Source of the DNA: Roseofilum reptotaenium CS-1145
GTDB lineage: Bacteria; Cyanobacteriota; Cyanobacteriia; Cyanobacteriales; Desertifilaceae
Assembly: GCF_028330985.1 (NCBI RefSeq)
Contig: NZ_JAQMUE010000030.1
Location: 33,704-57,703, forward strand
Direction: 5' to 3'
DNA length: 24,000 nucleotides
This document shows positions 1 through 7,413 of this stretch, in pieces (position 1 is the first letter of the stretch; every line of letters begins with the position of its first letter). The notes under the pieces were generated by a model that had not been told where the DNA came from, did not search any database, and saw only the letters and a program-made list of their open reading frames with translations. Position numbers and translations under genes: made by a program.

Positions 1-66
1 TCTTTAATTTTGTCCGTCCCCGCTTCTGTGTGTCTCCGCGTCTGGAGCATTTCTCCATTCCCCACT
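1..66 (-). repeat. Copy, truncated by the window edge, of the dispersed purine-rich GGGGA/GGAGA-word intergenic repeat (purine-rich on the minus strand)
   Basis: Shares an 11-nt word CTCCATTCCCC (53-63) with 3507-3517. Shares CCATTCCCCA with 19472-19481. GTCTGGAG (40-47) is the reverse complement of CTCCAGAC at 8108-8115. Lies 3' of the small minus-strand gene. Confidence 0.4.
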
Positions 67-222
67 CTACCGCTTAACACTCTGGCGATCGCGGCGACAG
101 CGTTCGGAACAGTATTTGACCTCATCCCAACATTTAGCCCATTTCTTGCGCCAAGTAAAGGGGCGATGACAAACTGGGCAGATTTTGGTTGGCAGATCGG
201 ATTTTAATCGTTGGCGAGCCAT
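67..222 (-). CDS. DUF2256-type small zinc-ribbon protein (51 aa), absent from the ORF track because it is under 60 aa
   Basis: Hand translation of the minus strand from ATG 222-220 to TAG 69-67 gives MARQRLKSDLPTKICPVCHRPFTWRKKWAKCWDEVKYCSERCRRDRQSVKR. It has CPVC...CSERC four-Cys spacing. The core LPTKICPVC.RPF.WRKKW..CWDEVKYCSERCRR matches my recollection of the DUF2256 family. Confidence 0.7.
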   Translation of the reverse strand: MARQRLKSDLPTKICPVCHRPFTWRKKWAKCWDEVKYCSERCRRDRQSVKR

Positions 223-286
223 GGTAAGTTGACAGTAAAGTTTTTTTTATTCATTGTAGGGATAACTTAGCCTTGTGTATTAACGG

Positions 287-1039
287 ATGAACGATCGCCC
301 CAAGCTCTCAGCGATTAAAATTGTTTTAGTCGAGCCATCTGGCCCCTTAAATGTGGGATCGATCGCCCGTATCATGAAAAATATGGGCTTAAGTCAATTG
401 GTATTAGTTAATCCTCAATGCGATCTTCAGAGTCCAGAAGCCAAACAAATGGCAGTTCATGCTCAGGAAATCTTGAGTTCTGCCCAGGTGGTGGATTCTC
501 TACCCGAAGCCTTGCAGAATTGTCAAAAAGTAGCAGCGACGATGGGACGCACCATCAGTTTACCAACAGCACTGGAAACCCCCAATACTTTAGTTCCTTG
601 GCTTCTTAGTGGTGAAAGCGCCCTCATATTTGGCCGAGAAGACCGGGGGTTAACGAATGAAGAGCTGAATTTAGCACAACGTTTTGTGCAAATTCCCTCT
701 CATCCCGTCTATCCTTCTCTGAATTTAGCTCAATCGGTCGCCATTTGCTGCTATGAACTGTATCGGTGTACCCTGGAAACGCAGACAGAAGAGGTTAATT
801 CTAGCGCGTCCAATCTTGCCTCACGGCAGGTTCTAGAAGCCTATTACGATCACTTAGAATCTCTGTTATTGGAGATTGGTTATTTGTATCCCCATACCGC
901 TAATCGACGGATGGAAAAACTGAAACGGTTTTATAATCGTGCTTATCCGACAGAAGCAGACGTGGCGATGCTCCGGGGAATACTCTCTCAGGTACAATGG
1001 GCGATCTCCAACGCTTCCCCATCCAAGGGTTCATCGTAG
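287..1039 (+). CDS. SpoU/TrmH-family RNA 2'-O-methyltransferase (TrmJ-like, group 1)
   Basis: 250-aa ORF. N-terminal IKIVLVEPSGPLNVGSIARIMKNMG and later ALIFGREDRGLTNEEL...IP....YPSLNLAQSVAICCYEL are the SPOUT motifs 1-3 pattern. Confidence 0.85.
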   Translation: MNDRPKLSAIKIVLVEPSGPLNVGSIARIMKNMGLSQLVLVNPQCDLQSPEAKQMAVHAQEILSSAQVVDSLPEALQNCQKVAATMGRTISLPTALETPNTLVPWLLSGESALIFGREDRGLTNEELNLAQRFVQIPSHPVYPSLNLAQSVAICCYELYRCTLETQTEEVNSSASNLASRQVLEAYYDHLESLLLEIGYLYPHTANRRMEKLKRFYNRAYPTEADVAMLRGILSQVQWAISNASPSKGSS

Positions 1040-1183
1040 AATAATCAAAGCACAGAAATCTTGCGATCGGAGGCGAAACTAACCCACTCGATGCGAGGTC
1101 TGAGTCAGTAAAGTCTGCAACAATCTAATGGATATTTTGGTGGGTTCATTTACAGTTATGATCCGTGTGATAAGGAGTCGTTG

Positions 1184-2842
1184 ATGGCGAAATCAGGAGC
1201 AAGAAAGGGAGTGGACCGCACTCAACGTCTCGGATCTGGTCAAGGGAAAACTCATTTACCAAAACAGGGATCGAGTCGGTATCACGGGAGAATGTCTTTG
1301 CCAAAGCAAGGAAAACCGACGTTGAAACGGAGGCGGCGATCGCCACTGCAACAGGTACTGTTATCGGTATTAGATAAAATTTTACCCGGAGGCAAGCGTG
1401 ATTCTACTGCTCCAGTGAAGCGTTCGAGGGAAACAGGGCGATCGCCACAATCCCATGCTGCACAACCGATTCCCCCCTTGAAAGTCGAGAGCGATCCCTT
1501 AATCTCCCCTGTGCGTTGGGGTTCCCAGAAACCGCAACGGAAATCGCCCCTGAGAAAGGGAGAAGCCTCTTCAGCCCAGATCCCCAAGGCTCTTTCTCGT
1601 CAGCGTTCGCCCGATCCCAAAAGTTTGAGTGGGATCAAGGCAGAGCAAGGTAAGAAGGATAAGGTGCGATCGCACCGCAACCGTCGGAATCGCACCTTAA
1701 ACCGCCCAAAACCTACTCCAGTCTCGCCTTTGATGTATGCAACGCGATTTTTAATTTTGGGGGTGGGGATCTGTGCGATCGCGGGAACTCTACTCTCAGC
1801 CTCCGATCCCGAAAGTATGACGTTTTGGGGACTGAAGTTAGCCTCTACCGATACCCTCTTGAATCATGCTGGAGAAAACACGGATGCCGATGTGAGTGAT
1901 ACCACAGATGCCTTGTTGCGGGAAAATCTTTCTCGTCAATATCCCTCACCAACGAATCCCCAAGCACTCTATTTAGAAACGGAGTTGACAGCGCTCAAAA
2001 ATCAGATTCAAGCCTTAGCCAGTCAAAGCCCTGAGTTTAAACCTGGAGTATTTGTTTTAGATTTAGATACGGCCGGTTATGTTGATATGCAGGGGACACT
2101 GGCTTTTTCCTCTGCAAGTACCATTAAACTCCCCATTTTATTAGCCTTCTTTCAAGCTGTAGATGCCGGTACCATTCGACTCGATGAAACCTTAACCCTC
2201 AAAGAAGTCCATCGTGCTGGAGGATCGGGGAGTTTGCAATACGATCCCGTAGGCAGTGAATATACAGCCCTAGAAGTGGCAACTTGGATGATGACTATTA
2301 GTGATAACACTGCTACAAATATCATTATTGAGCGCTTAGGAGGGATGGTACAGGTTAATCAGAGCTTTAGCCGTTGGGGACTTCAGCAAACAGTTCTGCG
2401 GGATTGGTTACCGGATTTAGACGGTAAAAATACCACATCACCCCGTGAGTTGGCCCAGGTGATGGCGATGATACATCAGGGGGATGTCGTGTCTTTGAAA
2501 TCCCGCGATCGCATGATTGATATTATGCGCCAAACCGAAACCAGCGTTCTCCTCGAACAAGGCTTAGGAGCAGGAGCCACGATTGCCCATAAAACCGGTG
2601 ATATTGGTAAACTCTTAGGCGATGTCGGTCTCATCGATCTACCCAGTGGCAAACGGTACATTGCCGCCGTTTTAGTCGAACGCCCCCATAATGATTATGG
2701 TGCAGCCAATCTGATTGGTGACATTTCCCACCTAGCCTACGAACACATGCAAGCGCCCCCCGTAACCCCCAGTGTTAACCCTGGGACATTAGAAGAACTC
2801 CCCGTTGAGTTTCCCGAAGCCACGGCTCGGCGCTATCGGTAA
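1184..2842 (+). CDS. Membrane-anchored class A beta-lactamase-like serine hydrolase with a long basic N-terminal tail
   Basis: AAGGAG at 1172-1177 lies 6 nt upstream of ATG 1184. The catalytic triad of motifs is S-x-x-K (SASTIKLPILL), SDN (ISDNTATN) and KTG (HKTGD). One predicted TM helix (FLILGVGICAIAGTLLSA) follows about 185 aa rich in R/K/S/P. Confidence 0.8.
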   Translation: MAKSGARKGVDRTQRLGSGQGKTHLPKQGSSRYHGRMSLPKQGKPTLKRRRRSPLQQVLLSVLDKILPGGKRDSTAPVKRSRETGRSPQSHAAQPIPPLKVESDPLISPVRWGSQKPQRKSPLRKGEASSAQIPKALSRQRSPDPKSLSGIKAEQGKKDKVRSHRNRRNRTLNRPKPTPVSPLMYATRFLILGVGICAIAGTLLSASDPESMTFWGLKLASTDTLLNHAGENTDADVSDTTDALLRENLSRQYPSPTNPQALYLETELTALKNQIQALASQSPEFKPGVFVLDLDTAGYVDMQGTLAFSSASTIKLPILLAFFQAVDAGTIRLDETLTLKEVHRAGGSGSLQYDPVGSEYTALEVATWMMTISDNTATNIIIERLGGMVQVNQSFSRWGLQQTVLRDWLPDLDGKNTTSPRELAQVMAMIHQGDVVSLKSRDRMIDIMRQTETSVLLEQGLGAGATIAHKTGDIGKLLGDVGLIDLPSGKRYIAAVLVERPHNDYGAANLIGDISHLAYEHMQAPPVTPSVNPGTLEELPVEFPEATARRYR

Positions 2843-2901
2843 TCTTCCTGCTATATTGCCTATTCCCTAGGGCGAAGCGCTATAACTGGGAATCACACAA
2901 T

Positions 2902-2929
2902 GTAGGGGCAAAAAATCTTTCGCCCCTCC
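2902..2929. terminator. Hairpin between the convergent beta-lactamase-like gene and msrB, a likely bidirectional terminator. It is an imperfect copy of the 6249-6276 palindrome
   Basis: Sequence GTAGGGGCAAAAAATCTTTCGCCCCTCC. AGGGGC (2904-2909) pairs with GCCCCT (2922-2927), extended by A/T pairs. It sits 60 nt after the plus-strand stop and 7 nt from the msrB stop. Confidence 0.5.
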
Positions 2930-2935
2930 AAATAC

Positions 2936-3346
2936 CTAATCTTCTTTAGGAATAAAGTTCAAAGCTGCTGAATTCATACAATAGCGTAACCCAGTTGGCG
3001 CAGGGCCATCGGGAAAGACATGGCCAAGATGGGCATCACAAGCAGCACACAGAACTTCAGTACGCTTCATGAACAAGCTCCAATCCGCTTTGGTGGCAAT
3101 ATGTTCTTCCTGACTAGGGGCCCAAAAACTAGGCCAACCCGTACCCGAATCATATTTAGTCTCTGAGGTAAACAATTCTGTCCCGCAACAGATGCATTGG
3201 TAGGTTCCGGGTTTTTTGTTGTCATGGTAAGCACCGGTAAATGCCCGTTCTGTACCCTTCTTGCGGGTGACCTTGAATTGCTCAGGACTCAATTGGGCCA
3301 TCCATTCGGCTTCGGATTTAGAGATTTTTTCCACTGGCTTCACCAT
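2936..3346 (-). CDS. msrB: Peptide-methionine (R)-S-oxide reductase
   Basis: 136 aa. Two CxxC zinc pairs ([17 protein letters not shown]) and the catalytic GLRYCMNS motif, with GTGWPSF conserved. Confidence 0.95.
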   Translation of the reverse strand: MVKPVEKISKSEAEWMAQLSPEQFKVTRKKGTERAFTGAYHDNKKPGTYQCICCGTELFTSETKYDSGTGWPSFWAPSQEEHIATKADWSLFMKRTEVLCAACDAHLGHVFPDGPAPTGLRYCMNSAALNFIPKED

Positions 3347-3733
3347 ACAGGATAATAGGGTTAAGATTCCATTTTGATCCTAATCACTTTTGCCTGATTG
3401 CACTAGGTGAGGATTACCCGATCGCACCCCATTCGTCAACCGTTCTGTAAAACTTATAGTCATTTTTGGTGATCGCTCAAAGCTAGATTTAGTCTGTTGT
3501 TCACTCCTCCATTCCCCCAAGGAGAGCGCAAAGCGCTGTAAGTTTAAGTTCCGATGGTAATAGCCAAGACCAATTGGTCAACTGTCCTGAGGGCGATCGC
3601 CTCAACCCGTCTTTACAGAACCTTTTACCTCCGGTTGGCTTGAACCTGCGTTAAAAGTGGCACGGTCTGAACCCCATTGAATACGCAATTAGGCGAGAGT
3701 ACAGATATCAACTCAGACCGGAGCATCAGGGTT

Positions 3734-4084
3734 ATGCAACGCCAACTTCTATCCATCACCACTCTATTGTTCAGTTTAACCACCTGCCTGCCTCTCAAGG
3801 CTCAAACTCTGCCCTCAGAACAGCAATTTTCTCCACAAACCATCCGCGCTCGACTGGAAACGATTGATACTACCCCCAAAACGGCTGAATACTATGAAGG
3901 CTTTAATGAAGGCTTCAATGAAGGATTTGAAGCTGGTTTAGCTGCCAAAAAAGCCAATCAACCTAACCAAAATAATTATCAGATGTTGATGAATTCTAAT
4001 CCTCGCCCCCTGATCCAAGGATGGGCAGAAGGCTATGTTAAGGGCTACGAAGAAGGCTATGAATATGGCGATCCGATACGCTAG
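3734..4084 (+). CDS. Small secreted hypothetical protein with E-G-aromatic repeats
   Basis: ATG 3734 gives a signal-peptide-like N-terminus, MQRQLLSITTLLFSLTTCLPLKA|QT. The mature part has YYEGFNEGFNEGFEAG and GWAEGYVKGYEEGYEYG. I recognise no family. The track start at 3677 is a TTG. Confidence 0.5.
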   Translation: MQRQLLSITTLLFSLTTCLPLKAQTLPSEQQFSPQTIRARLETIDTTPKTAEYYEGFNEGFNEGFEAGLAAKKANQPNQNNYQMLMNSNPRPLIQGWAEGYVKGYEEGYEYGDPIR

Positions 4085-4200
4085 GGAGTAGGGAGTGAGA
4101 ACACAGTTGACGGTTGAGAGTTGATCGTTAATAATTGAGTGTTAACGCTCTCCCATCTTCCTCGTCCTCCCCATCTGCGCGTCCCCATTCTCCAATTTCC
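4077..4200. repeat. Copy of the dispersed GGGGA/GGAGA-word intergenic repeat, with a purine-rich left half and a pyrimidine-rich right half
   Basis: CGCTAGGGAGTAG (4079-4091) is identical to 8079-8091. ATCTGCGCGTCCCC (4173-4186) is the reverse complement, 13/14, of GGGGACGCACAGAT at 19441-19454. Confidence 0.5.
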
Positions 4201-4201
4201 T

Positions 4202-6169
4202 ATGACCTCTGTGTTACCTTCCAACTCAACCTGGTATCACCACAACCGACGGGTCTTAATGGAAGGAATCGAACGCATCCAAACGATTCTAGAATATTTT
4301 CAAGAAAACCAACACACCCTCTTACTAGAACCGGTAATGTGGCCCATCGATTCTAGTCTGGATTCCCTACAAAATCACTTTGGTCTCTCTAGTTTTGAGC
4401 TAGATATTCTGCTCTTATGTGCGGGATGCGAACTCAATTCTGCCATCAGTCAAATCTGTGCAGAAATCCGGGGAAATGCTAATCTCAATTCTCCCAGCTT
4501 AATGTTAGCTTTGGCTGCTTTACCCGACTCAAACTTAAATGTGGTCTCCCCCGATCGCCCTTTGCTCGGTTGGCAACTCATTACTCTAGACTCCCATGTT
4601 ACTCTCACCCAAGCGTCGCTCAAACTCGACCCTCGTATTCTCTGCTATCTTCTGGGAGAACAACCCATCGATTCCGCTTTGCAAGGGATAGTTAGATCCG
4701 GGTTCAATTCTCAGAGAATGGTTTTAGCAGATTCTCATAACGCTATTGTTGAAAAAATCCTCAGTTCTTGGATCAATCACGACGGGAGATTAGACCTTCC
4801 TGTATGGCAACTGTATGGTTCAGATATCCAAACCATTTATCAAATTGCTGGGGCGATCGCCGAACAAGCCAATTTTGATTTACAAGTGCTATCCGTCCAG
4901 AGTTTACCCTCCGAAATCAGAGAGCTGGATCGGTTACAACTCCTTTGGGAACGGGAGAGCTTGTTAGGAGAGCGTATTTTATTCATTGATGCCTATGATT
5001 TTTCTTCAGACAATCCAGCCCGCTATCAGGCGCTCAAGCATTGTATAGAATCAATTAAAACCCCCTTAATTATTGGCTCTCAAGACCGCTATTCCAGTCA
5101 ACGACGCACCCTAATTACCTATCCCATCCCCCCCCTCACCTATGACGAACGCAAACACCTTTGGCAAGAACATCTAGGGGATCTCGCTCCCCAACTGAAT
5201 GGTCAATTAGAGCGCCTAGCCGGTCAATTTTATGTCAACGTGAATACCATTCAAGCAGCTACCCAACAGATTTTGCATAGCGCCCCCACGGAACCCGATC
5301 GCCTCAGTCAAGCCTTATGGAATATTTGTCGGTTGCAAGCACGACCTCGTTTAGAAGAAGTCGCGCAGTATATTCACCCCAAAGCCTCTTGGGAAGATCT
5401 CGTGTTACCGGAGGGTCTGAAATCGATGTTACAAGAAATGGCCGCCCACTTGCGCCAACGGGTGAAGGTACAGGAAGAATGGGGCTTTCGAGCCAAAAAT
5501 AGTCGCGGTTTGGGCTTGAGTGCCTTATTTGCTGGGGGGAGTGGAACCGGTAAAACCATGGCGGCGGAGGTGTTGGGCCATGAGTTAGAATTGGATATCT
5601 TTCGCATTGATATTAGTGCAGTTACGAGTAAATATATCGGTGAAACTGAAAAGAATTTACAGCAAATTTTTGATGCGGCGGAAGTGGGCGGGACAATTTT
5701 ACTCTTTGATGAGGCAGATGCATTGTTTGGCAAACGGACTGAAGTTAAGGATAGCCGCGATCGCTACGCCAATATCGAAGTCAGTTATCTCCTGCAACGG
5801 ATGGAAGCCTATCAAGGACTAGCCATCCTCACCACCAACCTCAAAGATTCCATCGATCAGGCCTTTTTACGTCGCATTCCCTTTGTTCTCAACTTCCCCT
5901 TTCCCAACAAAGAAGCACGAGCCGAAATCTGGCGGCGAGTCTTTCCCCAAAAAACGCCCACAGACGGCTTAAACTACGAACGCCTCGCCCAACTCAACGT
6001 CACCGGAGGCAACATTCGCAGCATTGCCCTCAATGCCGCAGTTCTTGCTGCCGATGCAGACGAACCCGTACGCATGGAACATATTTTCAGCGCTACCCAA
6101 ACCGAATACATTAAATTAGGTGCATTGCTCACCAGTTCCGAAACCAGAGGTTGGTTTAAGTCCAGTTAA
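4202..6169 (+). CDS. AAA+ ATPase with a large N-terminal non-ATPase region and a single C-terminal AAA module
   Basis: Walker A GGSGTGKT, Walker B ILLFDEADALF, plus SKYIGETEKNLQQIFDAAE and DRYANIEVSYLLQRME..QGLAILTTN....IDQAFLRRI. ATG 4202 is preferred over the GTG 4139 used in the track, because 4139-4201 lies inside the intergenic repeat. Confidence 0.85.
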   Translation: MTSVLPSNSTWYHHNRRVLMEGIERIQTILEYFQENQHTLLLEPVMWPIDSSLDSLQNHFGLSSFELDILLLCAGCELNSAISQICAEIRGNANLNSPSLMLALAALPDSNLNVVSPDRPLLGWQLITLDSHVTLTQASLKLDPRILCYLLGEQPIDSALQGIVRSGFNSQRMVLADSHNAIVEKILSSWINHDGRLDLPVWQLYGSDIQTIYQIAGAIAEQANFDLQVLSVQSLPSEIRELDRLQLLWERESLLGERILFIDAYDFSSDNPARYQALKHCIESIKTPLIIGSQDRYSSQRRTLITYPIPPLTYDERKHLWQEHLGDLAPQLNGQLERLAGQFYVNVNTIQAATQQILHSAPTEPDRLSQALWNICRLQARPRLEEVAQYIHPKASWEDLVLPEGLKSMLQEMAAHLRQRVKVQEEWGFRAKNSRGLGLSALFAGGSGTGKTMAAEVLGHELELDIFRIDISAVTSKYIGETEKNLQQIFDAAEVGGTILLFDEADALFGKRTEVKDSRDRYANIEVSYLLQRMEAYQGLAILTTNLKDSIDQAFLRRIPFVLNFPFPNKEARAEIWRRVFPQKTPTDGLNYERLAQLNVTGGNIRSIALNAAVLAADADEPVRMEHIFSATQTEYIKLGALLTSSETRGWFKSS

Positions 6170-6248
6170 CGGCAGCGCCAGCAAAGAAATGGCATCATTA
6201 AGAAAGACCCTAAATGAATTGTGGATACTCAAATCCTGAGTACGACAA

Positions 6249-6276
6249 GTAGGGGCGAAAAATTTTTCGCCCCTAC
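6249..6276. terminator. Perfect 28-nt palindrome hairpin followed by a T-rich tract, a likely intrinsic terminator of the AAA+ ATPase gene
   Basis: GTAGGGGCGAAAAATTTTTCGCCCCTAC is its own reverse complement, which allows up to a 12-bp stem. It is followed by TGCCTTTTGCC and sits 80 nt after the stop at 6169. Confidence 0.6.
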
Positions 6277-6353
6277 TGCCTTTTGCCTAGTCCGTTCATG
6301 TCCGCCATAGCAGAAAGCGCCATCATTTTTATACGCGATCATCATCAACCCCT

Positions 6354-7358
6354 ATGCCTACCTATACCGGAATCTCTAGCGAAGCCTTCCGTCATCCCCT
6401 AGACTGGGAAGCTGAACAAACCTTACGCAGTTTCCCTGGATTTGATTTACTCGCTCGTAAGTTTGTAGAATTTCTTGCTGAACGTCCGCAGTATATTTAC
6501 TCGATGGGTAACTACGTCCAAGTCGGGCCGCGCCAGTATTCAACGATTTACCAACTGTTTCGGGAAGCGGTCCGCGATCTAGATGTTTCCCCTGAACCGG
6601 GTTTATTTGTCTCTCAAAATGCTCAAGTCAATAGTTATGCTTTAGGCCAGGATAATCCGTTTATTGTGATTAATACAGGTTTATTAGATTTGATGACTGA
6701 AGGGGAGATTAAAACTGTCCTTGCCCACGAACTCGGTCATATTAAGTGCGGCCACACCATTTTAATTCAGATGGCCATTTGGGTAATGAGTGCAGCAGAG
6801 GCGATCGGCCAAATGACCTTTGGCTTAAGCAATGTAGTCATTAGTATCAGTCTGCTCTATGCCTTTTATGAATGGCGACGCAAAGCTGAATTATCCTCAG
6901 ATCGTGCGGCTCTGTTAGTAACTGACGACTTACCCCTTGTCATGAATACCATGATGAAAATGGCAGGCGGATCGAGTAAATACGGGCATGAAGTTAACCT
7001 GCAAGAATTTATTCGCCAATCTCAAAGCTATCAAGACCTCGATCGCGATAATCTCAATCAAGTTTATAAATTTCTTCTGTACAATGGGGGTCAGGGAACC
7101 TTCTTAAGTCATCCTTTCCCCGTTGACCGGCTCCACTATCTGCAAGCCTGGTATGATTCTCCAGAGTATGCCCAGATTCGTCAAGGGAATTATCGCCAAC
7201 AAACTGCCGAAGGATCTGTCAATGTAGACTCCCAAGAACCCCAGTCTAGCCAAACTGAAGCTGAAGAGCTACGTCATCAACTTGAAGAGTTACAACAAGA
7301 AATTGAGCGACTCAAAACCCAAAAACAGAATAACTCTAGCAACCGTCAAGGCGGTTAG
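6354..7358 (+). CDS. M48-family zinc metallopeptidase with a C-terminal Q/E-rich coiled-coil tail
   Basis: HELGH zincin motif (VLAHELGHIKCGH) with a downstream E (AELSSDRAA) typical of M48. Hydrophobic stretch after the HExxH. Tail is EAEELRHQLEELQQEIERLKTQKQ. Confidence 0.85.
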   Translation: MPTYTGISSEAFRHPLDWEAEQTLRSFPGFDLLARKFVEFLAERPQYIYSMGNYVQVGPRQYSTIYQLFREAVRDLDVSPEPGLFVSQNAQVNSYALGQDNPFIVINTGLLDLMTEGEIKTVLAHELGHIKCGHTILIQMAIWVMSAAEAIGQMTFGLSNVVISISLLYAFYEWRRKAELSSDRAALLVTDDLPLVMNTMMKMAGGSSKYGHEVNLQEFIRQSQSYQDLDRDNLNQVYKFLLYNGGQGTFLSHPFPVDRLHYLQAWYDSPEYAQIRQGNYRQQTAEGSVNVDSQEPQSSQTEAEELRHQLEELQQEIERLKTQKQNNSSNRQGG

Positions 7359-7413
7359 GACTTTCTTAAATGCTCAAGTCTAGCACCCATAAACGATTGC
7401 CGATTCGATTGCC

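Noticed and set aside
10-207. 65-aa plus-strand ORF from the track
   Set aside because: It lies across a pyrimidine-rich repeat copy. It is fully overlapped by the much more convincing minus-strand DUF2256-type gene (67-222). It has low-complexity composition, no RBS and no recognisable family.
1146-1587. Minus-strand ORFs 1146..1346 and 1282..1587
   Set aside because: They are antisense to the basic tail of the beta-lactamase-like gene. They are typical shadow ORFs of a GC/purine-skewed coding region and carry no motifs.
3896-3931. 12-nt tandem DNA repeat, considered as a possible CRISPR or VNTR element
   Set aside because: There are only 2.5-3 units with no spacers. The repeat is in frame inside a CDS, where it encodes EGFN EGFN EGFE. 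It is a coding repeat, not a CRISPR array.
4135-4356. 73-aa TTG-initiated ORF, and the 4139 GTG extension of the ATPase ORF
   Set aside because: Both begin inside the dispersed intergenic repeat and use rare start codons. The ATG at 4202 gives a sensible N-terminus for the ATPase.
5317-5822. Overlapping ORFs 5317..5502(+), 5374..5733(-) and 5607..5822(+)
   Set aside because: They are alternative-frame or antisense shadows inside the AAA module, whose main frame carries Walker A/B and sensor motifs.
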